A stretch of DNA of 64,000 nt from the human T2T-CHM13v2.0 reference genome, Homo sapiens, in NCBI RefSeq assembly GCF_009914755.1, contig NC_060942.1; one strand, written 5' to 3'. The notes beneath the pieces are model-generated. The model saw nothing but the letters and a program-made list of their open reading frames with translations, was not told where the DNA came from and searched no databases. Within the stretch, counting starts at the first letter, position 1, and each line of letters begins with the position of its first letter. Shown one piece after another: positions 1 through 12,970 of the stretch. A program made the translations under genes and the position numbers.

Positions 1-104
1 GAAATCTACTACTATTACTGCTGCTGCTATTCATTGAGCCCTCACTCGGTGGCAAGCACTGTGGTGACACCCCCACCCCTGCCATGGTCAGCTTTGCTTA
101 TCTC

Positions 105-226
105 TCACTCCCTTAGAATATCAGCTCCTTGAGACAGGAACTGTGTCTCACTCAGCATTACAGCTTCTGCATTGGCACAATGTCCGGCCCACCAGAAATA
201 CTCAACAAACATTTGATAAACAAGTG
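105..226 (+). mobile_element. L2 LINE 3' end remnant
   Basis: Resembles the L2 3' terminus: tagaatatcagctccttgagacagg ... ctcaacaaacatttgataaa. Confidence 0.65.
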
Positions 227-237
227 CTCTAAACCAC

Positions 238-591
238 TGTCTTAGTCCGTGTGGGCTGCCATAACAAAAATACCATAGACTGGGTGGCTTCAAAACTAGA
301 AATGTATTGCTCCCAGTTCTGAAGGCTGGGAAGCCCAGGATCAAGCTGCTGGCTGATTTCCGTTACTGCTCATGTCCTCACTTGGCCTTCCTCACTGCAT
401 GCACACAAAGAGATGTCTCCAGTCTGTTCCTCTTTTTACAAGAACATTCATGAGCACCCTACCCTAATGACCTCATCTGACTCTATTCACCTCTCAAATG
501 CTCCATCCCCAAATATCATCACATTAGGAATTAGGGTTTCAACATAGGAATTTTGAGGGGACATAAACGTTTAAACATTCAGGCCACGGCA
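238..591 (-). mobile_element. MaLR solo LTR, MLT1A/MLT1A0-like
   Basis: tgtcttagtccg..gggctgccataacaaaaataccatagactgggtggctt ... aaacattcaggccacggca is the reverse of the MLT1A0 consensus; TG...CA ends. Confidence 0.85.
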
Positions 592-910
592 CCCATAAAT
601 CATCGTCTGGCACTTAGTATTGTTTGCAGCATCTCCCACCCAATTCCCTTCTCTTTTTGACACAATTTAAATCTGGGGGAGATACTAATAAACTTCAAAA
701 TGGCTCCCCAAATAGGCGCGATGGTAATTAGAATAAAAGCAGTCCAAAGACTGAACAGACCAAGTATAAATCATCAAAGAAGAAGAGTGTAGAACTGGAC
801 CAAAAATGGGGGTAAGAGAATCCTCTCCCCTCATCCCTATGAGGCACAGGCTTAAACTCTAGTAGTCTCAGTCACTTCGGTCCAGAACATTAGCACACTT
901 TTCAACCTTT

Positions 911-1046
911 AAGAAAAAAAAATATAAATAAAGACAGGGTCTTGCTATATTGGCCAGGCTGGTCTCAAATTCCTGGCCTCAAGCAATCCTCCAGCCTAAG
1001 CCTCTCAAAGTGCTGGTATTACCAGCATGAGCCACGATGCCCAGCC
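911..1046 (-). mobile_element. Alu left monomer (FLAM_C-like)
   Basis: agacagggtcttgctatattggccaggctggtctcaaa...gagccacgatgcccagcc; flanked by TSD tttcaaccttt (900-910 and 1047-1057). Confidence 0.88.
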
Positions 1047-2269
1047 TTTCAACCTTTTGTTTAAACTTCACCTAGAACAATGAAATGAACAAGCTGGAGA
1101 TCAGGCCCGCTGTGGCCGTGTTTCTTGGGTGAGGTGCTGGAGCTTGGGCCTGGGCCTGCTATGGCCACCGTGGGAGTCATTAGCACGAATGCGGTGTTTA
1201 CCTCCCTGGGGAAGGGCAAGCAAGCTGCTGGCGTGGTTCAGCATGCACCTTCCCCTGGGAGCCCGGAGAGCACATTAGCAGAGGCTTGGAGAGGGGACTA
1301 GGCAATCAGCAGGTGCGTGTGCACATGCCAGCCTGGAATTTGAAATTAATCACCTGCGGAAGGCACAATGGGCAGATGGGAGGGAGTTGTGGGAAAGGCG
1401 TTGAACCAGCAGCCGAAGCAGCTACTAAATTTAGCCTGGTCCCCAAAGCAGGGCTTAATTAAATTAATCCTGCACACCCCCACCCCCACTCCCAGGCCCC
1501 GTTCCTAGGTGAGTTTTTTTCTGTTTCTAGCTTGGCTCCCATTATAACACAAGCCTCCAAATGTTGATCCCCTTGACAGGTGCCCCAGGCCAGCTCCTCT
1601 GGTGCCAGTGCTGGGAAGGAAGTGCAATTCCCAGCTGTCCCTGCCGCTCCTACAATGCTGGGTGCAGCCCAGAGCGAGGCCATTTGTGAGGATTTGCCAG
1701 GCTCTCTAGCAGCTGAGATGGACCTGGCGCTCAGCTGCCCTCCACCCACACGGTAAGGTCCCCACATCAGGGCATGCCTGCTGTTGACCTGCCCCCCACC
1801 CCTCCCTTCCTGGTCACTGCTTGTCCCCACACAGAGGGCTTCACCCCTCCCCCAACACCAGCAGGACAGTTATTCCAGCTGATCTCATGCAGCCCCAGGG
1901 CTGTGGCAGGGAAGGCTATCTTGGCTCCATGAGTCAGCTAAGTGAGTTATTAGTTCCCAAAATTTTAATCTGTACCTTCCCTGAATCTGCTGCCCTGCCA
2001 CTTGGCCTCCTCTTTTTCATTTATACAACTTCAGCAACTGAATAGGAATTAGGAACCGTGAGCTCTGATTTCTGCCTACTGCAAGCTGGCTGCAGTACAC
2101 TGGAGAGAATATTTCCCTGCTTGGGGCATCCTGCTTCTGCTTGAAAAATAGGAGGTGAGAGGGCACACACCAGGCCTGGGCATGAAAGTCAGTGCCACTC
2201 AGGAAGCTTTCTGACTGCACTTGCCTGTCTCTTTCCCCTCCACAGGGGAGAAGCCCAGGCCTCAATTTC

Positions 2270-2428
2270 TGTACACATCAGCATTGCCTGCAAGTAACGT
2301 CTTGTTAAACACAGAGCACCCAGCCATGCCCCGGAGTCTTCGGTAGGTCCAGGGTGGGCCTGGGAATATGCATTCTGATGAGTCCCCAGGTAAAGCTGCT
2401 GTGGCCCAGGGGCCACATTTCAGAACTG
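2270..2428 (-). mobile_element. MER5A-like hAT-Charlie MITE
   Basis: cttgttaaacacaga...gtaggtccagggtgggcctgggaatatgcattct...ggggccacatttcagaact. Confidence 0.65.
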
Positions 2429-3817
2429 AGGCTCCAGATATCTCTAACACCATTCCGTGGGGCTTGCACAGATGATGTTTCTAGCTTACTCAGCATGATT
2501 TTGTGGAGGTGGAGGTAGCAGTCCCTGGTGGCCTCTTCGTGGGGTGCTCCTTCCAGAATGTTTCCTCTGCGTCATGTGAGGAAGGCGGGATCCAGTGGCG
2601 TTGGGCGCTAGAAGCCTCTCCCTTCCCCGGCAGACCCAGAACGCCTGGCCTTCTAGGACCCAAGCCCAAGAGGACTCAGGCTAAGATTGTTTTTAGCTGA
2701 GGAAGTCAGGCACAATTGACCCACCCGCTGCCACACACAAGCAACTCTTGGTGGTCAAATTCAATTCAACAAAACTTTACAAAGCTCATTTTACTGGCCT
2801 GGCTCACTTTGGGGCTGAAATGGTTTCAGAGGCCTAGAGCAGCCTGGAATTCACAAGGAGCTGAAACTCTAGGTGGCAGGCCTGAGCCAACGCAGCTGAA
2901 AGAGCCCCTCACTGTCCGCATTGGCTTCTCCTCCTCCCTCAGCCCAGCAGCAGCAGGAGGGGGGCAGTCGCAGGCGAGTGGGGAAGAGATAGGGGTCAGG
3001 TGGGGGACCCATCCCAAAGACACAAAGACATATCTTCCAAGTATCTGAACAATCCTAGGACGGAGTTTTGCATTGGCCCAATTAGAGACTGGCTAGGATC
3101 CCGGGCTCGGTCATCTCCATAGCATAAATCCCTCCCTTCCACTGGTACCTCACAGTCAGTGTCCAACAGGGGAGCTACCTCCAAGCCAGAGAGTTCCCTC
3201 CTGGGGCTGCACCTCCCCCTGAAGATGGCCCGTGGCCTGGGCCTCACCAACCACCTGCCATGCCCATGCGCCTTGGTCTCAGCACCTGCCCAACCTCTCA
3301 CCACCCCCCACCACCTGCTCAGGCCCCCTGGATGGCTGCCAGGCAGGCCTGGGCTGCTCCCCATGCAGGATGGGGAGGGGGCATCCCATGGAACCCTGTG
3401 CCAGGCAGGGTGGCAGCCTCCTCCTCTAGGCTCCCTTTCTGTGCCCTCAGAAATCTGCTCTCAGAAAGGGCTCCTCACTCGGGAGCCTCTAGTGGTCCCC
3501 GCTAACCCTCACCACCAAGCCTAAGGCTGAGTCCTAGCATTTCAAGAGGCTCTTCTCTCCTCATCTCCTTTTTTATTTTCCTTTAAGATGTCTCCTTTTG
3601 TTTTCCTCTCCCATCTCTATTTGTCTTTTCTGAAGTCTTGGAAACTAATTACATTATTTTTAAAAATTAGGTAATACAGGCACACGATGGAGCATCCCAA
3701 AAACCTTCAAGGCCACATAGTGAAAAGAAGCTCCTCTCCCACAGCACGTTCCCGAGTCTCGGGTGCTCTCCCAATGCCGTGTCCTATGACACTCATGTCC
3801 TATGAGTCTGTCTAGAG

Positions 3818-4240
3818 CAGGGGTCCCCAGTCCCCGGGGCCACAGTCTGGTAGTGGCGGGTGGCCTGTTAGGTACCAGGCCACACAGCAGGAGGTGAGCG
3901 GCGGGTGGAGCCAGCATTACTGCCTGAGTTCCACCTCCTTTCAGATCAGCAGAGCCATGAGAGTCTCACAGGAGCGCGAACTCTATTGTGAACCATGCAT
4001 GTGAGCAGATGGCTTGAGTCCAGGAGTTCAAGACCAGCGTGGGCAACATGGCCAAACCCCGTCTCTACTAAAAGCACAAAAATTAGCCGGGTATGGTGAC
4101 ACACACCTGTAGTCCCAGCTGAGAATCTAACTAATGCCTGTTGATCTGAGGTGGAACAGTTTCCCCCACCCCACCCCGTCTGTGGAAAATTTGTCTTCCA
4201 CGAAACCAGTCCCTGGTGCCAAAAAGGTTAGGGGCTGCTG
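3818..4240 (+). mobile_element. MER1B hAT-Charlie DNA transposon (interrupted by an Alu fragment)
   Basis: caggggtcccc...ggggctgctg termini; body matches MER1B (cacacagcaggaggtgagcggcggg; gatctgaggtggaacagtttc); perfect 8-bp TSD gtctagag at 3810-3817 and 4241-4248. Confidence 0.92.
4006..4120 (+). mobile_element. Internal Alu fragment (end of left arm, linker, start of right arm) inside MER1B
   Basis: cagatggcttgagtccaggagttcaagaccagc...ctctactaaaagcacaaaaattagccggg...cctgtagtcccagct; no tail, no TSD. Confidence 0.9.
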
Positions 4241-5127
4241 GTCTAGAGACACGCAGCACATATGCCCGCATGTTCTAGAGTGCTCTCTCTCCTACACAAA
4301 GAGTGGCTTACTACCCAAGATGCCCTGGACCTTGGATTTATTTTTTATTTTACATTGTTGTTTAATTACAAAATATTTCAAAAGTATTGACATATGGTGA
4401 CTTACATAACAAACATCCTTTAACCCCACCCAGCATCGTCATATCTTAGTAGTATGCTGTGTTTGCCTTTGGATTTTGTTTGTATAGACTCTTATAGACA
4501 CGGTAGAAGTCCCTGAGGGCCCGTTTCTGGTCCCACTCCCCACTGCCCTTCCCTGGAGAGAGGCTCTGTCATGCATCGGCTGTTCATTGCCTCTGACTTT
4601 TCTACTTGTCCCTCTCTCTCCCCCATTCTACTTCCACCCAAAGGGAAGCAGTGCTGGGTGGGATGTGCTGCCATGTTCGTCTGGAACATGGCAGCAATCA
4701 CAGCCATTTCCCTGTTACCCTAACAAATTAGGTGCTATTAGAGCAGGGCTTGGCAGCGCTGCAGTGCCGGGCAACTGCAGAACGTCTTAAACCTCACAGA
4801 CTCCCAAATGGCATTGTCCCCTTCAGTCAGAAGTGCCATACATCACGGTTAAAAATCAATGCCTGCTAATGTCCCTGCAGGAAGGCAGAAACATGAACTT
4901 CATGAAGTCTCCTTCTGTTTACACGCTCATTAAGAGGATAAAATGTTACTTGGGTTGGGTCAGGCTTTTTGCTGCCTCTGAGGTGGTCCTGTATGAAAAT
5001 GTGTGCCTTCATTTGGGTATGGCCTGTGTCACACATTATATGCCTATGGTAGTTACGAAATGCAAACTCCACCTCTTGTCTGTGCAGTCACTGAGTGTCC
5101 TAATATCAAAGTAAAACTGTGAGTTGA

Positions 5128-5584
<457 letters not shown>

Positions 5585-7087
5585 TTAAGGCTGCCCCATC
5601 TTGACGCCCACCTCCACATAGGGACACATCCAGCCATGCTTCTTGGCACTCTACCCAGCTGCTCTGTCCCCACAGTTTCCCCTCCCTGTTGATGGCCCAG
5701 ACCAATGCCACATCCTTACCACTCATGCACTTTGGTGATAGTCCCAGCCCCACATTCAACATTTCCAACCAAGGCAACTGAGACAGGAGCCCAGGGGCCA
5801 GTGGCTCAGGGTGCCCAGCAGGCTGACCCACCGGAGCCCTCTGGGGTATAGTCTCCCTCAGCAGGGTAGGCCAGTGTCTGGCCCTGCTCTGGCCCCTTTC
5901 TCTGCTTGTAACCTAGTTCGCAGTCTCCTCTGGGCTCTGCAGATCCATCCTGGAGCACTTGGGTTCTCATCAGAAGCTATCTATGGAATGAAGAACAGCA
6001 GAGCACAGCAGTGATCCAGGGCATGTGTGCATCACATCTTTCTTTGTCACCTGTCCAGGGAGTTCAGAATTAGGCAGTGGTCAGCTGCACAGAAGCCTTC
6101 CAGGCCCTCCTACGTAGCCTCACCATATTCTCCTCTAAGGCACAGACACAAGCGCCCAGTCCTGTCCTACCTCAAAGAGGCACCCACAGAGGTCCCAACC
6201 CTGATGGGGTGGAAGCTAGGGGCCCAGGGCAGCATCAGGAGCAGAAAATAGTGAAATGGGAGGGCATCACTTGGTAACAGGAATCAGAGGGAGAGGCCTG
6301 GAGGAGAGGGAAAGGTACTCTTGGGTCTGGGAGCTATGACTCTTTCCACACATTTAATGCTCAACACTCATGCAGGGAAAAAAACTTATCCCCATAATTA
6401 CTGGGCAAGAGGGCCATGCTGTCCTCACACCCATGACATCCTTGCAGCTCCCTCTCCTGCCTCCAGAACCATCATGACATTCTGTGGATTCTTCATACTT
6501 TAGAAGGCATCTGTTTCTCCATTTGATCACAACATCCACCGAAGGGAGAACAGAAAAGGTATATTCTTAGCCTCTTCTTGCATAAACATGAGGAAAATGA
6601 GGGGAAGTAACAAAGGAAGTGAAGAGAGAAACTGAACTTTGCAGTTGGATCTTCTCATAACTCAACCTGGTTCTTGCCCCCACCTCACCTGGGCCAAGGC
6701 ATGGGAGACACAGGGAGTCGTGGATGGGAGATGAGAGTGGCAAAGGATGCAGACTGGACAAAAACCAGTTCCCAGAGGCCAGTCCAGCTGTGGGTGAGTA
6801 GGAAACAGCCAGAGGAAAGGGAGGATGAAGAGGCTGAAGGAGGATGGGAATATGCCAGGCAGAGCGCAGCATGTGCAAAGGCCCTGTGGGGAGAGAGAGT
6901 TCACGGAAGTGAAGTGAAAATGGCTCATGAGTAGATGTGACATCTATTTTCCTGCAAGTTAATATCATCTGACATTGGATACAATTTTTTATGCCACATT
7001 TATCCCCAAAATGGATTTGTGGTTGCTTATGAAAAACAGATAGTATAAGCTAAGGGAATCCTCAAAGACCACTTACAGGGCAAAAGC

Positions 7088-7229
7088 AGAGCTCCCCAAA
7101 TGACAAATGGCATAGGAATCCCCTGGGGCCTTGTTAGTATGCACACTTTAGTTGGGAGGTCTGGGGTGAAGCCTAAGATTCTGCATTTCTGCTGTTACTG
7201 CATTGAGAACCACACTTCAAGTAGCAAAG
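7088..7229 (-). mobile_element. MER5A-like MITE
   Basis: gaatcccctggggccttgttag...ggtctggggtgaagcctaagattctgcatttct...gaaccacacttcaagtagcaaag. Confidence 0.65.
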
Positions 7230-7247
7230 CTTGTGGCAGGGCCCAGG

Positions 7248-7406
7248 AGCGGAGGTTCTAACTTCATTCTGTATCAGTGTCATGAAGATGCCTGAGCCCC
7301 ACCCAGGTCCAACTGAATCAGACTCCCTCGGGGTGGGGTGCAAGCATCAGTATATTTTAAAAGCTCCTTAAGTGATCTGAAGGTGAAGCCAGAGGTAGGA
7401 ACACTT
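7248..7406. mobile_element. MER5B-like MITE
   Basis: gatgcctgagccccacccagg..aactgaatcagact..ggggtgggg..agcatcagtatattttaaaagctcc..gtgat. Confidence 0.65.
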
Positions 7407-8339
7407 GGCTAGGTTTTTCATGAGTTCCAGGGTATATCAATCATCTCCCCCAGGCAGATGAGTTGTGAATGTGGTCTCCCTTGTGAAACAGAGCTTTACT
7501 AGCAGGGAGTTTGTAGCCTCTGGAATAGGAAAACAGAAGTTTCTGTCCAAAGTGGAAACCATATGCTGGTGGAGCTGGGCATCCGATTCCACCCTCATTT
7601 TGCAGCTGAGGAAACAAGTCCTGAGTCCACACAGCTGGTGAAGTCCCTTGGCCCCAGCCAGGTCGTTTTTTTACTCTTGCTACAGATACCAAGCAGGGAG
7701 GCTCCCTAGAAGAGGAAGAGCTAGAGGGGCGGGGCCAGGAGGAGGTGCAAGTGACAAAAGACATGCAGACAGGAAATGAATGGCAAAAAAAATGCCGGGA
7801 AGAAAGGCAGAAGAGGACAGCCCCTGTTCCTTTCAAACCTCCACAAGTAGGCAGTGGCTGCCCTGCCCATAAACAGACATGCCTGGAACATGGCTGTGAG
7901 GCAGCAGACAGGCAGGGCTGGCCAGGAGCACAGCAAGGGGACAACGAGAAGGACACTGCCAGGGCAGAGTGCATCAGAAGCCCATAGGACGGCTTCGCTG
8001 CAAAGCAAAGGCCTTCCTGGGCTGAGAATGTACCTCCAAGAGGATGTGGGCAGGCACAGCTGGGCCTGGCTTTTAGGAGGTTTTCAGAAAGTAAAAGACA
8101 CTGCCTATTTGACCATCCACTGAAAATGCCCTCTGAGGACTCAGTAAGGTTGAGTTACTAGTTGTGAGTGAGGAATGCCATTACTAGTCTGTTGTTGGGC
8201 ACCCAGGCACCTGTGACAGATGAGAAGATGGGAGAGGGACAGATGTTCAGCCAGAAGAGAACTCAAAGGATAAGAAAGGTGGCCACAGGCACTCCAGAAG
8301 GGCTATTTGTTGTGCAGGGAAAAGGAGCCAGAGTAAAAA

Positions 8340-8617
8340 GGCATGGTCTGTAATCCCAGCGCTTTGGGAGGCTGAGGTGGGGGGATCACCTGAGGTCAGG
8401 AGTTCGAGACCAGCCTGGTCAACATGGCAAAACCCTGTCTCTACAAAAATACGAAAAATTAGCCGAGTGTGGTGGCACACGCCTATAATCCCAGCTTCTC
8501 AGCAGGCTGAAGCAGGAGAACTGCTTGAACCCAGGAGGCAGATGTTGCAGTGAGCCAAGATCGCACCACTACACTCCAGCCTGGGCGACAGAGTGAGACT
8601 CCATCTCAAAATAAATA
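8340..8617 (+). mobile_element. AluS (Sx-like), 5' end damaged, short tail
   Basis: ctgtaatcccagcgctttgggaggctgagg..ggatcacctgaggtcaggagttcgagaccagcc ... gagactccatctcaaaataaata. Confidence 0.93.
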
Positions 8618-11039
8618 GCAAGCCATGGTAAGTACCTCAGCAGGGGGCTGAGGGAGGAGTGGGGGAGTGGGTATGGACTGTGGCTCCATCTCACAAAGAA
8701 CCTCCCAGCCGAGTTATGTGAGAGTGGCATTGTCACTAGCCAACATAGTGAGCCTACGGGCACTGGGAATATTTAAGCGAGGCTAGTGGCTGTCTGTCAT
8801 GGACACTACCGAAAATGACTGATGAGATGCACAGCTGGATGAGAGGCATTGGGGGTTCTCTGCAGATATCAGATTGTGTTGACTTTTCTTGGTGAGTCTC
8901 TACTTTTAATTGCAAGGTCTTTGCTGTCTTGAAGGAACTGGGGATGAAGCAGCAAGCAGAGGTTCTCACCATAGCTCCCCAGGGCAAGGAAGGCCACAGC
9001 CCAGCCTGGAGACCAGCCAGCAGGCAGGGTCAGCTAGAGCAGCGCTCTGATGGACAGACCTCAGGGACATAAAGGCGAGAGTCTTCAGGAAGCATCTGGA
9101 AACCAGCTCCTTTCCCACCTAGAAGATGGGTAACAACTGCCACTCCCCGGCTTTTAGGAAAGCCCACACCCAGCCCCACGATGTCTGCAAATTCTCAGGG
9201 GGGTGTATTTCTCATTACCTCTGGCTTCTGCAGAATTCTCCTTCCCTTCTCCAGGAGTTGACGCTGGCTTTTAACTCTGTCCTATAATCCCCTGTGCAGA
9301 AGCCCCAGTCCCTTCTCCTAGGTTCCTCCCCATTCCCCAGAAAGGGACACACAGGCCAGTGAGGAGAGTGGACGCCCCTGGAGTCTGGCTTCAGGAGAGG
9401 ATAGGGCTGTCAGATACTTTAAACTGAAGAGCTGACGGCTCCTGCTCCTTGACTTCCCTTGGCCATTTCCACTAACTCAATCCCAGCCTTCAAGCGAGTC
9501 CACCTTCTCTCCCTTTTTACTGCAATTCCTGCACAGATTTACACAGAAGAGCTCTCTCTATATATAATTTTTTTTCTCTTTCTACTCATGCCCACAAGGC
9601 CTCATTTCTCACCCAAATGACCTATCAAGGTAGTTCTTAAATGAAAGCAGTTCCTCCCCTCAGAGAACACTAACACCAGCAGGCAAAATAATTTTTCTCA
9701 TTGCACAGCATGTTCAATAGAGAGCTAGCTAAGTCAGGCCGGATCGACGTCCACGCTCTATGTGGTGCACCAGCACAGATTGGCTGGAGTTAGATATTTG
9801 AGTCTGAACCTGAACTTCTCATGTGGTTCTCACAACATCCCTCCACAAAGGCCTTTCCCCCAAAAACCATAGTCCATAGTTGACTCCAGTCTTGCTGGCA
9901 GCTAAGCAAGTCCTGGGAAAACCAGGAGCTGGCAGGTGTCTGGAAACCATTTCTTTGCAGTTCTGTGCTGCTGCATCCTCTGGCTTGAAGTCATCAGGAA
10001 CCAGCCCCACTTTGCAACCCCAGGGCCCACAATCCAAATGCAGTCTCTGGTTTTTGAAGCTTTTAGTCCCATTAGCGTTCACAGTGCTAGGAATGATGCA
10101 AGACAGGGGAGGATGGAAGCGGCATTGGACCAGCAGTTCCAGCAGGCCAGGCTGCCAAAGCTTCTGTCTCCCCTCCCTCGCTTCCCTATTACTGGGAGTG
10201 CTTAATGTGCACCCATGCAAGAAGACCAATTTGCACCTTCTGTGGAGGACACAGCTTGGAATTTCTTGACTTCTGTGCACCTCAATAGCCAATGACTTCA
10301 CTGTTTCTGTCTTGCTCCTTGACTTGATCTCTCATGAGAGTGGAGGAGCCAGAAGAAGGTAAGCCAGTCATAACAGTCAAAGGTTCCCAAAACAAAAGGC
10401 GAAGAGCCAAAGCAGGCAGTGATCCCTGAGAATCACCAAGGCTCCCCAACCTCCCTCTGATGAGACTCAGGGGCTCCTTTTTATCTCCAGAATCTATCTA
10501 TAAGACAGGGTCAGTGGGAAGTAGGCCAAATGCTATATGGTGTGACAGCAAGGGCCTAGGACTTTCTCTGCCTCCCCAGATGCCTCCCAACTTGTGAGCA
10601 GGTTCCTGACACTACAAGTTCATTCCTTTAGCATAAGGTGTTAACACTATCAAATACAAACTACTCCACAAAAGATGAGGCTTTGAGTTTATCATGGCCA
10701 TAAGAATAGAGATGGGGTGGAAGACATCCGAGAAAAGCTTAGAAGAAGGTTGGAGCCTGGGGTGGCTGGGTGGAGGGGAGCAATAGGCTGGGCAGAGGCC
10801 AGGTAGGCCAAGGATAAGCTCCACAACTCAGATGGCACTTGGTCCAAGCAGTGATGGGGCCTTGACTCCAGGCTTAGCCCCACTTCCACTTTGCTCTGTG
10901 AACTTAGGTTAACTCACCCCTCTGGGTCTCCATATCCCTTTTTCAAGGTGAAACCAAAAATAAACTTATCTCACTTCTTGCAAAGTCAAGGATAGTTTTA
11001 CCAGTTCCCTTGTTAGGGAAATGGTTCTGTGATAAGAGT

Positions 11040-11258
11040 AGCAAGGCTTTACTCTGTGCCAGGTGCTGTTCTAAGCCCTTAACAAGCGCTAACTCATGTA
11101 ATCTTCCAAAGATTCCAGAGGTGGGAGCTACGACCACCCCCATCTTGCAGATGAAGACCTTGCAGCGACCAGCCCAGGGTCCCCTGGCAAGTGGGTGACA
11201 AAGCCAGGAATGAACCCAGGGGGTCTGGGCCAGAGCCCACACCTTAACCATCATACTC
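11040..11258 (-). mobile_element. MIR SINE
   Basis: ttactctgtgccaggtgctgttctaagc...cccatcttgcagatgaaga...aaagccaggaatgaacccagg..ccagagcccacaccttaacca. Confidence 0.8.
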
Positions 11259-11522
11259 CATGGCCTCTCTATGTGCAGGGGCCCCACACACAGAGCATAA
11301 GCCCAGCTGCCTGCTTCTAATGTTCTGATCCAGTTTATGAGGGGTACCTTGCACCTGGTGTACCCCCAATCACAAAACAGGGATAGCCTCAAGTGCTTTT
11401 TCCAGTTGTATTACTTTACTGAGACCAGAGTAACCATCTAAATCCACTTCAAGACTGCCCCTAGGAAGGCGTTCCTCACACCAATGTGGGGGACACACCT
11501 GTTGTTAAAAAAAGATAGCCTT

Positions 11523-11993
<471 letters not shown>

Positions 11994-12604
11994 GATAGCC
12001 TTGTTAGATTTGATTTCTGACACCTTGACTTCATTTTAATTCTGTTTGAGACAAGCCTGGTTTTCCTACTAGTGCTGAACAGGCCTGACTCTGCAGGGAG
12101 GGCTGAGGTGCCTGGAGCCTTTGTTACCTTTAATTAGCTGTGCTCTCATTGATTGATTGATTTTCTTCCTGAATTGCAAGAGAGGACAGCGCCCCTGCTC
12201 CCCAGGTGCGCGGGGCCTGCCACTGGAATTATAACGAGCATTAAGTAGGTCCAGCACGCCATTCCAGGCCTGCGAGACCTCCACTGTTCCCTGTCAAACC
12301 TCAAATTGATTCTGAAATTGCTTTGAGGACATAAAGTGGGGAACAATTTGAAATCCGTGTAATTATCTGCGTGGCTGTTGCTGGGTGACCCAGCCATCCA
12401 TACCTGAGACCTTCTGAAGAGGCCAGAGCTACGGTTCCAAAACAAAAGGTTAAATAGTGAGTAGGAATCTGTGATTTACGTGGGACTGTCAGGTCCCCAG
12501 GATGGTTCTGCTCAGGGACCTGGAGTTGGGCTTTGCTGCGGGCAAGCTAAAGTTCTATCCTGGGAAATACTGCCCAGACCGTAGCTTTATGAACAAACTA
12601 TGCA

Positions 12605-12720
12605 TAATCACTGAATATCTGCTGAGCATCTACCAAGTGCCCAGCACCGCGTGAGACACGTCAGACATACTAGGAGGTGATACCCCTCCTGGGTGCTATA
12701 GAATCCAAGTGGAGAGAATA
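12605..12720 (-). mobile_element. L2 3' end remnant
   Basis: aatcactgaatatctgctgagcatctaccaagtgcccagcacc. Confidence 0.55.
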
Positions 12721-12894
12721 GTAACATGGGAAGATGTTAGGTAATAATGCATTATTACCTGTAAGACATGATGTGCTAATGCCCAAGTAAGTGGAAATAC
12801 TCCAAGCTGACAGTTAGGGAGAGTGGATGAACATCAGACCTGTGGCTAAATACTTCACCCTCCATCATGTGTGCTTAGACCTCCTAAGGATTTG

Positions 12895-12970
12895 GTATGG
12901 ACAGAGAAACTGAGGCTCAGGGAGCTCAAGTCACTTGCCCAGAGGCTCAGGGAGCTCAGGTCACTTGCCT
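12895..12970 (-). mobile_element. MIR core with an internal 30-bp tandem duplication
   Basis: gagaaactgaggctcagggagctcaagtcacttgccca followed by gaggctcagggagctcaggtcacttgcct. Confidence 0.75.

Noticed and set aside
7441-7974. Longest ORF (177 aa, minus strand)
   Set aside because: Cys/Ser/Pro-rich with no domain signature; overlaps MIR-like sequence; consistent with chance.
9690-9795. Acceptor-like tract followed by a CpG-containing 27-codon ORF (MFNRELAKSGRIDVHALCGAPAQIGWS)
   Set aside because: Too short, with no donor site or recognisable homology.
12186-12206. cagcgcccctgctc as a CTCF site
   Set aside because: One base short in the core and lacks the conserved CC end of the motif.
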